Of a DNA stretch of 64,000 bases, positions 25,676 to 38,322 are shown piece by piece (within the stretch, counting starts at the first letter, position 1; every line of letters starts with the position of its first letter). This DNA is from Malacoraja senta. Its lineage: Eukaryota. The DNA lies in contig CM075991.1 of NCBI GenBank assembly GCA_038087875.1, positions 7,814,001 to 7,878,000 on the forward strand. Direction: 5' to 3'. The notes below the pieces were generated by a model that had not been told where the DNA came from, made no database searches, and was given only the letters and a program-made list of their open reading frames with translations. A program made the position numbers and the translations under genes.

Positions 25676-26275
25676 CAAGTTCAAGTTCAAGCGAGTTTAT
25701 TGTCATGTGTCCCTGATAGGACAATGAAATTCTTGCTTTGCTTCAGCACAACAGAACATAGTAGGCATTGACTACAAAACAGATCAGTGTGTCCATATAC
25801 CATTCTATAAATATATACACACATGAATAAATAAACTGATAAAGTGCAAATAACAGATAATGGGCTATTAAAGTTCAGAGTTTTGTCCGAGCCAGGTTTA
25901 ATAGCCTGATGGCTGTGGGGAAGTAGCTATTCCTGAACCTGGTCGTTGCAGTCTTCAGGCTCCTGTACCTTCTACCTGAAGGTAGTAGGGAGATGAGTGT
26001 GTGGCCAGGATGGTGTGGGTCCTTGATGATGCTGCCAGCCTTTTTGAGGCAGCGACTGCGATAGATCCCCTCGATGGAAGGGAGGTCAGAGCCGATGATG
26101 GACTGGGCAGTGTTTACTACTTTTTGTAGTCTTTTCCTCTCCAGGGCGCTCAAGTTGCCGAACCAAGCCACGATGCAACCGGTCAGCATGCTCTCTACTG
26201 TGCGCCTGTAGAAGTTAGAGAGAGTCCTCCTTGACAAACCGACTCTCCGTAATCTTCTCAGGAAGTAGAGGCGCA
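25676..26275 (-). mobile_element. Rex1/Babar LINE 3' fragment
   Basis: ORF 25875-26276 LYFLRRLRR...LPSGRRYRSLKT...FPTAIRLLN plus 3' tail. Confidence 0.92.
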
Positions 26276-26399
26276 AAGAGAGTTTTCAGGAGGAAAGACT
26301 GGCGGCGAACTTAAGATTAGATCTGAAAGGATTCTTCAGATATGCGAACAGGCAAGGGATTGCAAGGGGTGATTTGGGAGATCAATAAAGAACATTTAT

Positions 26400-26752
26400 T
26401 CATGAGAGGAATAGATCGGGTAGATGCACAGAATCTCTTGCCCGGAGTAGATGTGTCAAGGACCAGAGGACATGGGTTTAAGGTGAAGGGGAAAGGATTG
26501 AATAGGGATCTGAGGGGTAACGTTTTCACACAAAGGGTGGTGGGTGTGTGGAACGAGCTGCCAGAGGAGGTAATTGAGGCTGGGACTATCCCAACGTTTA
26601 AGAAACAGTTAGACAGGTACATGGATGGGACAGGTTTGGAGGGATATGGACCAAGTGCAGACAGGTGGGACAAGTGTTGCTGGGACATTTGGCCGGTTTG
26701 GGCAAGTTGGGCCAAAGGGCCTGTTTCCATACTGTATCACTCTATGACTCTG
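26400..26752 (+). mobile_element. CR1 3' end (second subfamily)
   Basis: ORF 26342 ...FTQRVVGVWNELPEEV; CTCTATGACTCT tail. Confidence 0.88.
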
Positions 26753-27079
26753 AGAGTTGGGACAAACTTGCATTGTTTTCTCTGGAGCATTGGAGTCTGA
26801 GGGTTGAACGGATAGAAATATATAAAGGCACGGACAGGAGGGATGGACAGTCCGGGAAGAAATTGTCAAATGCTGGAGGGCATCGGTTTAAGCTGAGAGG
26901 GGAAACAAATTTAATGGGGATGTATGAGGCAGCTTTACACTCAAAGTGGTAGGAACCTGGAACTCTGCCAGGGGTATTTGTGGAAGCAGACTGAATTGAA
27001 TTGATCAAAAGATACCACAAGAAAATGGTCCCTTTAGCCCACTGAAACTACACTGACCATCTATTACCTGTTTACATTA

Positions 27080-27375
27080 GACTTTAGAGATACAGTACAG
27101 AAACAGGCCCATGAGCCCACTGAGTTGTGCCAACTAGCGATCACCCTGTATATTAGCACAATCCTACACAATAGAGACAGTTTACAATTTTTACAGAAGC
27201 CAATTAACCTACAAACCTGTATGTCTTTGTGGTGTGGGAAACCGGAGCGCCTGGAGGAAACCCACGCAGTCACATGGGGAACGTGCATATTCCATACAGA
27301 TAGCAACGTAATCGGGATCGGTCCCGGGTCTCTGGCTTTGCAAAGAGCAACTCTACCGCTGCACCATCGTGCCGT
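27080..27375 (-). mobile_element. HE1 V-SINE
   Basis: Head, V-domain and tail present. Confidence 0.85.
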
Positions 27376-28121
27376 ACTAATTCCTTGTTATTCCACTTTC
27401 ACATCTAAACCCCACACATATGATAGCAAAGCTTAAGAGGCACTTTGGCATGCACATAAACTGACAGTGTTTGGAGGGACGTATCTCAAGAAGGATCTCG
27501 ACCCGAAACATCACCCATTCCTTCTCTCCAGAGATGTCCCGCTGAGTTACTCCAGCTTTTTGTGTCGATCCAGAGCACATACAGACTGCTTTTCAGTATA
27601 ATTGGCATTGCAGTTGGCACACATATTGTGGGGTGAAGGGCTGGTTTCTGGTCTGTTCTGTTCTACAGATGTAAGACTTGGTGGGGACCTAAACAAGTGC
27701 TTTTCATCAGTATTCATCAAGGTAGAAGATGCCTCCAAAGAGGAGATCATTAAAATTCTGGATGAGCTATAAATTGATAAAGAGGAAACGCTGGAAAGTT
27801 TAGCTGCACTTGGAATTGATTAACCCCTGGACTGGATGATTTGTATTCCAGGCTGTTGAGGGAAGTTCAGGAGGAAATTGACTGTTGCCCTGACAATTAC
27901 AAATGTCACCTCATTGTTAAAATGATTGTCAGAATGAACCCAGCAACCATAGACCAGTCAACTTGCCGATGGTGGAGGGGAATGTTTGAGAGGCATTAAT
28001 CATTTGGCATTCATTTGTACCAGTATTAACTCGTTAAAGCAAAAGACTATATGTTAAAAAAAAAAATTGTATCTGTTTCACTGGACAAAGTTTTTTGATG
28101 AAGCAACCAAATACATTTAAT

Positions 28122-28279
28122 GGGGAGAAGGAATGGGTGACGTTTCGGGTCGAGACCCTTCTTCAGACCCGAAATGTCACCCATTCCTTCTCTCCAGAGA
28201 TGCTGCCTGTCCCGCTGAGTTACTCCAGCATTTTGTGTCTATCTTTGGTTTAAACCAGCATCTGCAGTTCCTTCCTACA
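28122..28279. mobile_element. PLE-derived fold-back with a short left arm
   Basis: Flanking direct repeat CAAATRCATTTAAT (28108-28121 / 28280-28293). Confidence 0.82.
28135..28170 (-). ncRNA. Minimal hammerhead ribozyme motif (PLE type)
   Basis: Minus strand reads GGGT-CTGAAGA-A-GGGTCTCGACCC-GAAA-CG-TC-ACCC. Confidence 0.7.
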
Positions 28280-29074
28280 CAAATGCATTTAATAATGGAG
28301 ATGTGCGTGTGGTATAAATGGGTATCCAGAAGGGTTCTGGTAAAGTTCCATGTGATGAAATGGGCTGTAGCAGCATGGATGGAAAATTGAATAAGCATCA
28401 GGGAAGAGTTACTAGTGGGGAAGGGTGGTTATTTAAACTGGAGAGGAGCATAGAGTGGATTTGTACGCTACACACTGCATGTAATTAATTTGGACCGAGC
28501 ACATCTACAAATGGGCGAAGTTTAGTGAATCAACTGTAAGAAATAAGAAGAAAAATAGTAGGCTTAAAGGCGTTTTTTTTTTTAATTTGGTGGAATGGGC
28601 GGCATGGTGGCAGATAACATTATTATGCAACATATCAAGTATTAAATTTTGGTAAGAAGAATAAGGGGGGGTGCTATCAATGGGGGGGGCAGAACTTTAA
28701 AAGAGTTACAACTTACAAGGACAGAGATTTGGAGCATATGCGAGTTGTTTACAGGAAATGTCAGGATTCAAAGATGCAGATAAAGGGGGAAGAATGGAGA
28801 TAACATGACAGTCTGTGATGGAGTGGAGGAGGAACTGAATAACTCCCATGGCAGTAAAGAGGGCAGTGAAGATTTTATTAGCTGCATTTAGTGTCAGTGG
28901 TCAAAGGAATCTTTTTGTTGCCTCTAATGCTCAGACCTCTGTTTCAATAGCTCTCAGTCTTCCTTCCTCTCAGTTCCAAAACAATTTGGTTGGATAGAGA
29001 AAACCAGAGTCTAAAATGCAGCCCATTGATTCCATACAAGCTTCATACAAGAATAACCCAGCGGGTCCTGGAGC

Positions 29075-29410
29075 TCCACGTGGTCACATGGAGAGCGTGC
29101 AAACTCCACACAGACAGCACCCAAGGTCAGGATCGAACCAGAGTCTCTGGCGCAGTTAAGGGCCTGTCACAATTGGGCGTCATTTACGCGACATAATTTA
29201 CGCGTCACGCCGCGCGCGACATGACATACACGTGATGCGTGCATTACACACGCATGGTGCGTGGTGACGTAGGCAGTGATGCGGGGTCACGCACGGTGCC
29301 CCAGGATTTTGTGATTCACAGAATCTTCGTGCGCCACTTGCGTGACGCGCAAATGACGTCCAGGTGGGACAGGCCCTTCAGGCAGCAGCTCTACCAGCTG
29401 CATCACCATG
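29075..29410 (-). mobile_element. HE1 V-SINE head split by a MITE
   Basis: TCTCTGGCGCAG-TTA, then the MITE, then TCA-GGCAGCAGCTCTACC. Confidence 0.82.
29159..29377. mobile_element. PIF/Harbinger-type MITE (type D)
   Basis: TIR AGGGCCTGTCAC / GGGACAGGCCCT; CpG-rich interior. Confidence 0.85.
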
Positions 29411-29476
29411 CTATATAACTATGTTGTATAGTCTAGCCTACAGGAACATGCCCCAAAATGTCAGAATATATAATTT

Positions 29477-29790
29477 GGGCGACACAGTGGCACAACGGTA
29501 GCTGCTGCCTTGCAGCGCTTACAACGCCAGAGACCCGGGTTCGATCCTGACTAAGGGTGCTGTCTGCATGGAGTTTGTACCTTCTCCCCGTGATTGCGTG
29601 GGTTTTCTCCGAGATCTTCGGTTTCCTCCCTCGCTCCAAAGACGTACAGGTTTGCAGGTTATATGGCTTGGTAAAATTGTAATAGTGTGTGTGGGATAGT
29701 GTTAATGTGCGGGGATCGCTGTTCGGTGCGGACTCGGTGGTCCGAAGGGCCGGTTTCCGCGCTGTATCTCTATAACTAAAACTAAAGCTA
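29477..29790 (+). mobile_element. HE1 V-SINE
   Basis: Head, V-domain and tail present. Confidence 0.9.
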
Positions 29791-29854
29791 AAATTAAATG
29801 AAGAGGAATTCCAAGGACAAATGGCCAGCGATGAAACGACGCGAAGAAAAGGCA

Positions 29855-30785
29855 AATTCCCTGAAGTTGGAAAATTCGCTGTTCAGTCCTTTAGGCTGGA
29901 ACGTGTTCAGATGAAAGATTAGATGTTGTTCCACCAGTTTACATCAGGACTTAAGGGCCTGTCCCACGAGCATGCGACTGCATGTGGCAAGCGCGACCAA
30001 ACCGGAAGTGGGGGCCGCGCGGAGGTTGAGTGATCCCCGTACAGGGCCGGTCCCACCAGCATGCAACTGCATGCGGCGAGCGCGACCAAACCGGAAGCGG
30101 GGGCCGCGCGGAGGTCGAGTGAGTGACGCGAAGTCCGCGGGAAGTTTGCGCGTGACGTACGGCGTCAAGACGCTGCGCACGCCCGTCGAGGCGGTGCGTA
30201 GGGCGAAGAGGCGGCTGCGGGCCGGCAGGCTGTTGCCGCGCGGAAATTTTGAACAGTGTCAGTTTTTCGAAGCCCCTGTGCGATGTCGGGACCAGCTCCG
30301 CACAACTCCACACGGCTCCGGCGATCGGAGTGGGACCGGCCCCGCGTGGCCGTACGGCTCAAGCGACCACGTTAGGTCGAGCTTGTCGCATGCTCGTGGG
30401 ACAGGCCCTTTACTGTCACAGTTCAGGAAGCCACAAACAGAGAGGTTAGAGTGGGATGGGGAAGTAAAAAGGCTATGAGCCCACGTGCTGTTTCCCTGAA
30501 GATAGACACAAAAAGCTGGAGTAACTTAAAGGAGAAAAGGAGTAGGTGAAGTTTCGAGTCGAGACCCTTCTTCGGACTGAGAGTCGGGGGAGAGAGAAAC
30601 GAGGGATATTGACGATGTTGAGAGAGAGATATAGAAGAAATAAATGAAAGATATGCAAAAAAAGTCTAACAGATAAAGGAAACAGGCCATTGGTAGCTGT
30701 GGCCTAGACGAGAGCGAGTACTGATAATGGTGACTCATCGAAGAGACGACTTTGAAGCTAGTACGACTTGGGTGGTTATGCATTT
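29855..30785 (-). mobile_element. Penelope-like remnants (endonuclease region and terminal repeat), split by a MITE
   Basis: 29855-29950 and 30413-30470 are colinear with 5075-5225; 30500-30785 resembles 4805-5070. Confidence 0.6.
29954..30409. mobile_element. PIF/Harbinger-type MITE (type B)
   Basis: TIR AGGGCCTGTCCCACGAGCATGCGAC; TSD TTA. Confidence 0.9.
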
Positions 30786-31587
30786 AGTGTGCTTTCTCTC
30801 ACAGTCACGGGCAAACCCATTGAAGGGTTGAGTTCGATGGGCACGAGTTGCCGTGTACGTAACCTTGTGCCTTTGTTGACGAGGTTTGTCCTCACAATTA
30901 GACAGCAACGGAGTGGCCCGCTGCCAGTTCATCAGAACTCTGCTGCAAACTCATCGAGCTCCCACTGCAACGTGGGCTACTTCTCACCTTTCAATTACCG
31001 GCCCATCACATCCTGTGTCAGCTCTTTGCTCTTAGTGCTGACAATGTGTCTCACGCAATGAAATCCTTTCAACACTTTAAGCTATCTCGGGGAGCCTGGA
31101 ATGAATGCAGCCTCCGTTTTGGTCTATATTCTACTGAGGATGACTGCAGCTGTTCACATCTCGGCAGCATTTTTATTAAACGGAAGGTCCCAAGACAACT
31201 TGCACATCTTGCTCCAGTCACTTTATTTTACTCTGCCCCTTTGTTGACCTCTATCTTGTTGGACAGTGCCCAAAAGAGACGTCGTCTTTCAGAGGCACAT
31301 AAAAGATTCTGAATTCGCGCTGCCCTTGGCAACAGCAGGAACCGAATCGAGTGCGGACTGAGTGTGTCAGTGTCTCTGAGATCATGGCGGAACTCACGGG
31401 GAAAATTGCGGCCTTGTTTTCAAATTGGTCGATTTCCTTCAGCCAACCCAGCGTCCAAGGTGGTGGGCAACCCAGGCGACTATTAGCGTGCTAGCCACAG
31501 AAACAGATCTACAGTTACATATTACAATCGCTCCACACTCTTAAATCTCTATTCTCACAGCATCATTTCTCACTTTAACTATGATCT

Positions 31588-31815
31588 TGTAGTGGCGCCT
31601 GTGGGCGTACGCAGAGATCGAACCCGGCGTTCGGAAGCCGCGGTCACGTGACTCGAGAGGGGCCGCTTGTTCCGTGCGTTTTTTCACTTGCTCGCGTTAG
31701 TTCAGCACTGGCTGCCGTTGCGGGCAGACGTGTCTGAAGAACCGGTATACTGGATATCGAACTTTTGAATAAAGATCTGTTGAAAGCTCCAGTAGTCATT
31801 TCTCAGACCACTAAA
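31588..31815 (+). mobile_element. Solo LTR, Gypsy-like
   Basis: TGTAGTGG...CCACTAAA inverted termini, internal AATAAA and a 4-bp TSD ATCT. Confidence 0.7.
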
Positions 31816-32139
31816 ATCTTCTTAAACTCCTCTCAGATATGCAGTGTAAACTGCTCGTAATCATGTATTGCCTTTCCGCTGACTGGTTAGCACGCAGCAA
31901 AAGCTTTCCACTGTACCTCGGTACACGTGACAATAAACAAAGCTGAAACAACCTATCGAGGAAAGAGCCATCTCATTAGAGCTGCAACTTGCTTCAGTGA
32001 TAACATGGATGCTTCACAGGTTGGGGGAAGGTTCCATGCTACAGTGCCAGACATTTGGAGAAAACCGTGCACAGTTGGTGCAATTGTTACTACTCATGCT
32101 GTTGGAAAGTGACGGGAGATTAAGGACGTTTCACTTTAA

Positions 32140-32447
32140 TTTTTAGTTTAGAGATACAGTGCGGAAATGGGGCCCCACGAAAAACCGAGTCCACACCAAC
32201 CAGCAATCCCTGCATATTAACACTACCCTACGCACGCGTACACGCACAACAATTTTACATTTACACTAAGCCAATGAACCTACAAACCTGTACGTCTTTG
32301 GAGTGTGGAAGGAACCTGAAGATCTCAGAGAAAATCCACGCAGGTCACGGGGAGAACGTACAAACTCCGTACAGGCAGCACCCGTAGTCAGGATCGAACC
32401 TGGGTCTCTGGCGCTGCGAGGCAATAGCTGCACCGCAGTGCCGCCCT
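32140..32447 (-). mobile_element. HE1 V-SINE
   Basis: Head, V-domain and tail present. Confidence 0.88.
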
Positions 32448-33164
32448 TTTCTGAAGCAATGCGCCACTGAATAGTAAAACCGGAATGAACAGTCCTCTAA
32501 TTGACTGCTGTGTTAGTAATAAACGAGACTCATCACTCTGTAAGTGCAGCTCCCAGCAGTTATAATGGCGCGGCAGAAAATTAATTGCAATTCATTACTT
32601 GCAATGAAAGTGGTCATGAAAAGCGCAAATGGCAAGAGGATTCCTCCCTGAGATATCAGATAAGAGCCTATTTGAAGATTTAAGGCTGCTGCCAACGCCA
32701 ATGTGCTGATTTACGCCTTCATTCATCCCTAATCATGGCGCTAAGTATTTGTGTCAATGATTTGTACTCCGCTTCCAAAATTCATTCCAAGTAATGGTCT
32801 CCATCACTGGCAGAAGCTTTATTTTCTGGTTTAAAACTCCCCATCTACTGTGGTAGGATTTGACCCTTCTGTGTGCTGGTCCTCTAACCTGTCCTCTGGT
32901 GCACTTTAATCCCAGCCCTGAATTCTGTTTCTCCTTCCGCAGATGCTGCCTGACCTGTTGGGTGCTTCCTCCATTTTTGATGGCAGCATGATGGCACTCC
33001 TGATTAGTTTACTTTCCAAACATGAACTTTATGCAGAATAAAAAGTGTGTGTGAAACAAAAACTGTGCAAAAAAAAACCTCTACAGACGTTCTCAATGTC
33101 TATTCATTCATTAGTGTGTCATACTCAGTCGTCTTTGCATTTATTTTTCAACAAAACCAAACAA

Positions 33165-33460
33165 GGGCGGCACGGTGGCGCAGCGGTAGAGTTGCTGCTT
33201 TGCAGTGCCGGAGACCCGGGTTCGATCCCGACTCTGGGCACTGTCTGCACTGAGTTTGTACATTCTCCCCGTGACCTCCGAGATCTTCAGTTTCCTCCCA
33301 CACTCTAAAGACGTACAGGTTTGTAGGTTAAATGACTTGGTATGGGTGTAAATTGGCGCCAGTGTGTGTAGGATAGTGTTAATGTGCGGGGATCGCTGGT
33401 TGGTGCAGACTCGGTGGGCCGAAGGGCCTGTTTCCGCGCTGTATCTCTAAACTAAACTAA
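33165..33460 (+). mobile_element. HE1 V-SINE
   Basis: Head, V-domain and tail present. Confidence 0.9.
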
Positions 33461-33559
33461 ACCCTTGCTACTCATGTGGCCACCTGGGGTGAACTCCCTT
33501 CTCATGTTTGAGGGGTGTCCCCACCGGACTCTGCCCCACAATGTCTCGTTGCGGAGGGA

Positions 33560-34090
33560 TCCCTGACTGTGGTCCTCCCCCCCCCCCAGACCCTTGGCCT
33601 TGGCTGCACCGAGCTTCAATGATAGACACAAAACAGCTGGAGTAACTCGGCAGCTCAGACAGCGTCTCGGGAGAAGAGGAACAGGTGATGTTTCCGGTTG
33701 AGACCCTTCAGATTGGAGAGTCCGGGGAAAGGGAAAGGAGAGATATGGACAGTGATGTAGAGAGATATAGAACAAATGAATGAGAAACATTCAAAAAAAG
33801 TAATGATGATAAAGGAAACGGGTCAGTGAGTCCCTCGGCACATATTCCTGGTGTCTGGAATGGGCCAGTCGGCAACAGTCCCTGCTGTGTCAGGAGGCCA
33901 ACAGGTTTTGGGTCGACCAAAGAAAGGTGATGATCTTCCAGCAACACTTGATGTCAGTCTCCAAATGTGTCCCAGAAACAGCCTGCAAAAAGAGTCCCCT
34001 TTCACAGAGTTGCTCTGGATGAACCATGAAATGGGGCCTACGTGTTTGGGCTCTGCCCTTGGGAACTGGAGCTTGCATCCAATGCATTTG
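33560..34090 (-). pseudogene. Tx1/L1-like ORF2 C-terminal remnant, split by a PLE fragment (33621-33822)
   Basis: Frame-shifted peptides GTHLETDIKCCWKII, LWSTQNLL, CCRLAHSRHQEYVPRDSL and LKLGAAKAK resemble Tx1 ORF2 ends (recognised from memory). Confidence 0.6.
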
Positions 34091-34369
34091 TGACCTGAGC
34101 GGAGAGAGTCACCAACTCCGCGCTGTAAAAGGGTTTCAAAACAGACGGGACGTGGGTTTGAAGAAGGGAAGTCCGACCCAAAATGCCGTCGGTTCTTTTT
34201 CTCCAGAGATGCTCAGCTTCCTGCTGAGTTGCTCCAGCACTTTGTGTCTATCTTCAGTGCTTGGGTCGTTTCAGCGAACTGGTGACTTATTGATACCAGA
34301 GGAATGAAGCGTAAAGAATTAAAAGTACTCCATTGCCTCAGCATCACCATTTATTCATCTCATTACACT

Positions 34370-35490
34370 TGAACTAATGATGCAGCGCTGAGTTCAAATC
34401 CCACCACAACTACTGGAAGCTTTAAATTCGGTTGTATTAAATAAATGTTGGATTTATAAAGCTCATGCGGTGATCGTGATGCTAGTGGATTGCTGTAAAG
34501 ACGAGTCTCATCCAGCTTACCAGGGCCCTTCGGGGAAGGAGATCAGATTCATGTCTGGCTTCTGTGCGATTCCAGTATTGTAGCAATGTGGTTGACTTCT
34601 AGCTGCCCTTGATAAAGGCTCAGCAGTTTAGTTTAGAGATACAGTGCAGGAACAGGCCCTCCTGGCTCACCGGACACGCGCCGAAAAAAGAGTTGGGAAT
34701 AATATTTAGTTTGGAAATAATAACATGGACACAGGCCCTTCGGCCCGCTGAGTCAATGCCAACCCCCGAACATCCGTTCACACTCATTCCACGTCATCCC
34801 ACTTTCTCGTTCATTCCCGACGCAGGAGAGGCGGTTTTCCAGAGGGCGAATTAACCTACAAACCTGCACGTCTTCGGGATGTGGGAGGAAACTGGAGCAC
34901 CAGTTCACAGGAATTTAGACGGATGTGTGGGGATCTTATAGAAACATATAAAATTGTTAAGGGATTGGACAGACTAGATGCAGGAAACATGTTCCCCGAT
35001 GTTGGGGGAGTCCAGAACCAGGGGTCACAGTTTAAGAATAAGGTGTAATAAGAATAAATTTAGGACTGAGATGAGGAAAAACCTTTTCACCCAGAGAGTG
35101 GAATTCTTTGTCACAGAAGGCAGAGGAGGCCAATTCACTGGATATATTCAAGAGAGAGTTAGATATAGTTCTTAGGGCTAATGGAATCAAGGGATATGGA
35201 GATAAAGCAGGAACGGGGTACTGAGTTGGATGATCAGCCATGATCATATTGAATGGCGGCGCTGGCTCGAAGGGCCGAATGGCCTACTCCTGCACCTATT
35301 CTCTATGTTTCACCCAAAGGAAACCCATGGGGAGAACGTGCAAACTCCACACTGCCAGCACCCGAGGTCAGGATCGAACCCGTGTCTCTGGCGCTGTGAG
35401 GCAGCAGCTCTACCAGCTACGCCCCATCTGCCCTCTGCTAGGGTAATTGGGGATGGACAATAAACTACAACGTTGCCATTGGCAACCGCC
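34370..35490 (+). mobile_element. Ancient tRNA-derived SINE with nested HE1 and CR1 pieces
   Basis: B-box GAGTTCAAATCCCACC. The body runs to GCAATGTGGTTGACT..GCCCT and resumes at GGGTAATTGGGGATGGACAATAAA. Confidence 0.45.
34930..35310 (+). mobile_element. CR1 3' end inserted in HE1
   Basis: ORF 34978-35175 plus CR1 tail. Confidence 0.88.
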
Positions 35491-35964
35491 TCCAGCGGTT
35501 TGAGTAATAAGAAACTTTAGCAACCAAACGAGCTATAATTTCCATCAAGACAGCAGCGAGTTCACAGCAGTGGGTCCATTCCTACTCGAACATTGCAAAT
35601 GACAGCAGAGACTTGTAAAATAAGCATCACCCATAATATCACAAATGCCTCTGAACAATTTCTTCTTGCAAACACTGAATTAATTTTTCCGGAAGGTTCT
35701 GGGAAGACCTTGCCCACTCCTGCGCTGATGATTGCTCTCTATTTGAATTATTTTTGCTGTCATAACACTTGAACCGTATTTTATTGTGTATCATTGCTTT
35801 GTTTACACATAATGCAATCGACACTGGGGGGAAAAAATCTATGGAAGGAAAGGCAATTCTGGAGCCTATTTCGACAGGTTTTTATGGACCCATCGTAACA
35901 CCGTATTGAATTTTTTATGAGTCAAAGGCTTCCATGCTAAAAGGAATTGAACAAAGGCATTTAT

Positions 35965-36419
35965 ACCGAAGATAGACACAAAATGCTGGAGTAACTCAGC
36001 GGGACAGGCAGCATCTCTGGGGAGAAGGAATAGATGACGTTCGGGTCGAGACCCTTCTTCAGACTGAGAGTCAGGGGAGAGGGAGTCCAGATTTATGGAA
36101 GGGTAAGATGTAAAAATGACAGATCAAAGCAGATGATGAGATGGAAATGTAGAATGGAAGATGAGAGGATAAGAGGCACACAATCGGTAAAATTAATCTA
36201 GCCAGTCAGACTAGTCATAAAACTAGGGTGGGGTTGGATGGAGAGGGAGGTTTTCTTGAAGTTAGAGAAATCAAAAATACTCTCAGTCTGAAGAAGGGTC
36301 TCAACCTGAAATGTCACCCATTCCGTCTCTCCAGAGATCCTGCCTGTCCCACTGTGTTACTCCAGCATTTTGTATCTATCTTCAATGTATAACCAGCATC
36401 TGCAGTTCCTTCCTGCACA
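35965..36419. mobile_element. Long PLE fold-back retaining a PLE body spacer
   Basis: Inverted terminal repeats around sequence resembling 4890-5095. Confidence 0.8.
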
Positions 36420-36431
36420 ATCACATTTATT

Positions 36432-38322
36432 CATAGATACATAGAAACATAGAAAATAGGTGCAGGAGTAGGCCATTCGGCCCTTCGAGCCTGCACCGCC
36501 ATTCAATATGATCATGGCTGATCATCCAACTCAGTATCCCGTACCTGCCTTCTCTCCATACCCCCTGATCCCTTTAGCCACAAGGGCCACATCTAACTCC
36601 CTCTTAAATATAGCCAATGAACTGGCCTCGACTACCCTCTGTGGCAGAGAGTTCCAGAGATTCACCACTCTCTGTGTGAAAAAGTTTTTCCTCATCTCGG
36701 TCTTAAAGGATTTCCCCCTTTTCCTTAAGCTGTGACCCCTTGTCCTGGACTTCCCCAACATCGGGAACAATCTTCCTGCATCTAGCCTGTCTAACCCCAT
36801 AAGAATTTTGTACGTTTCTATAAGATCCCCTCTCAATCTCCTAAATTCTAGCGAGTATAAGCCAAGTCTATCCAGTCTTTCTTCATATGAAAGTCCTGAC
36901 ATCCCAGGAATCAGTCTGGTGAACCTTCACTGCACTCCCTCTATGGCTATAATGTCCTTCCTCAGATTTGGAGACCAAAACTGTACGCAATACTCGAGGT
37001 GTGGTCTCACCAAGACCCTGTACAACTGCAGTAGAACCTCCCTGCTCCTATACTCAAATCCTCTTGCTATGAAGGCCAACATACCATTCGCTTTCTTCAC
37101 TGCCTGCTGCACCTGCATGCCTACTTTCAATGACTGGTGTACCATGACACCCAGGTCTCGCTGCACCTCCCCATTTCCTAATCGGCCACCATTTAGATAA
37201 TAGTCTGCCTTCCCGTTTTTGCCACCAAAGTGGATAACCTCACATTTATCCACATTATACTGCATCTGCCAAACATTTGCCCACTCACCCAGCCTATCCA
37301 AGTCACCTTGCAGTCTCCTAGCATCCTCCTCACAGCTAACACTGCCCCCCAGCTTAGTGTCATCCGCAAACTTGGAGATGTTGTTTTCAATTCCCTCATC
37401 CAGGTCATTAATATAAATTGTAAATAGCTGGGGTCCCAGCACTGAGCCTTGCGGTACCCCACTAGTCACTACCTGCCATTGTGAAAAGGACCCGTTTACT
37501 CCTACTCTTTGCTTCCTGTTTGCCAGTTCTCTATCCACATCAATACTGAACCCCCAATACCGTGTGATTTAAGTTTGTATCCTAATCTCTTATGTGGTAC
37601 CTTGTCGAAAGCCTTCTGAAAGTCCAGATACAACACATCCACTGGTTCTCCCCTATCCACTCTACTAGTTACATCCTCGAAAAATTCTATAAGATTCGTC
37701 AGACACGATTTACCTTTCGTAAATCCATGCTGACTTTGTCCAATGATTTCACCACTTTCCAAATGTGCTGCTATCCCATCTTTAATAACTGACTCTAGCA
37801 GTTTCCCCACTACCGATGTTAGACTAACTGGTCTGTAATTCCCCGTTTTCTCTCTCCCTCCCTTCTTAAAAAGTGGGGTTACGTTTGCTACCCTCCAATC
37901 CTCAGGAACTACTCCAGAATCTAAAGAATTTTGAAAAATTATCACTAATGCATCCACTATTTCTGGAGCTACTTCCTTAAGTACTCTGGGATGCAGCCTA
38001 TCTGGCCCTGGTGATTTATCCGCCTTTAATCCATTCAATTTACCCAACACCACTTCCCGACTAACCTGGATTTCACTCAGTTCCTCCATCTCCTTTGACC
38101 CGCGGCCCCCTGCTATTTTCGGCAGATTATTTATGTCTTCCTTAGTGAAGACGGAACCAAAGTAGTTATTCAATTGGTCCGCCATATCCTTGTTCCCCAT
38201 GATCAATTCACCTGTTTCTGACTGCAAGGGACCTACATTTGTTTTAACTAATCTCTTTCTCTTCATATATCTATAAAAACTTTTGCAGTCAGTTTTTATG
38301 TTCCCTGCCAGTTTCCTTTCAT
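36432..38322 (-). mobile_element. Young CR1 LINE, 5'-truncated, with a frameshift near 37520
   Basis: ORFs 37502-38266, 36927-37538 (PQGSVLGP, FADD) and 36531-36902. Confidence 0.97.

Larger units (their letters stand above)
27665..28790 (+). pseudogene. Ancient, degraded CR1 RT region
   Basis: Patchy colinear similarity to the CR1 RT nucleotide sequence; no open frame. Confidence 0.55.

Noticed and set aside
33165..33240. tRNA gene-like sequence with A and B boxes
   Set aside because: It is the head of an HE1 SINE: it continues into the V-domain and has no proper cloverleaf or terminator.
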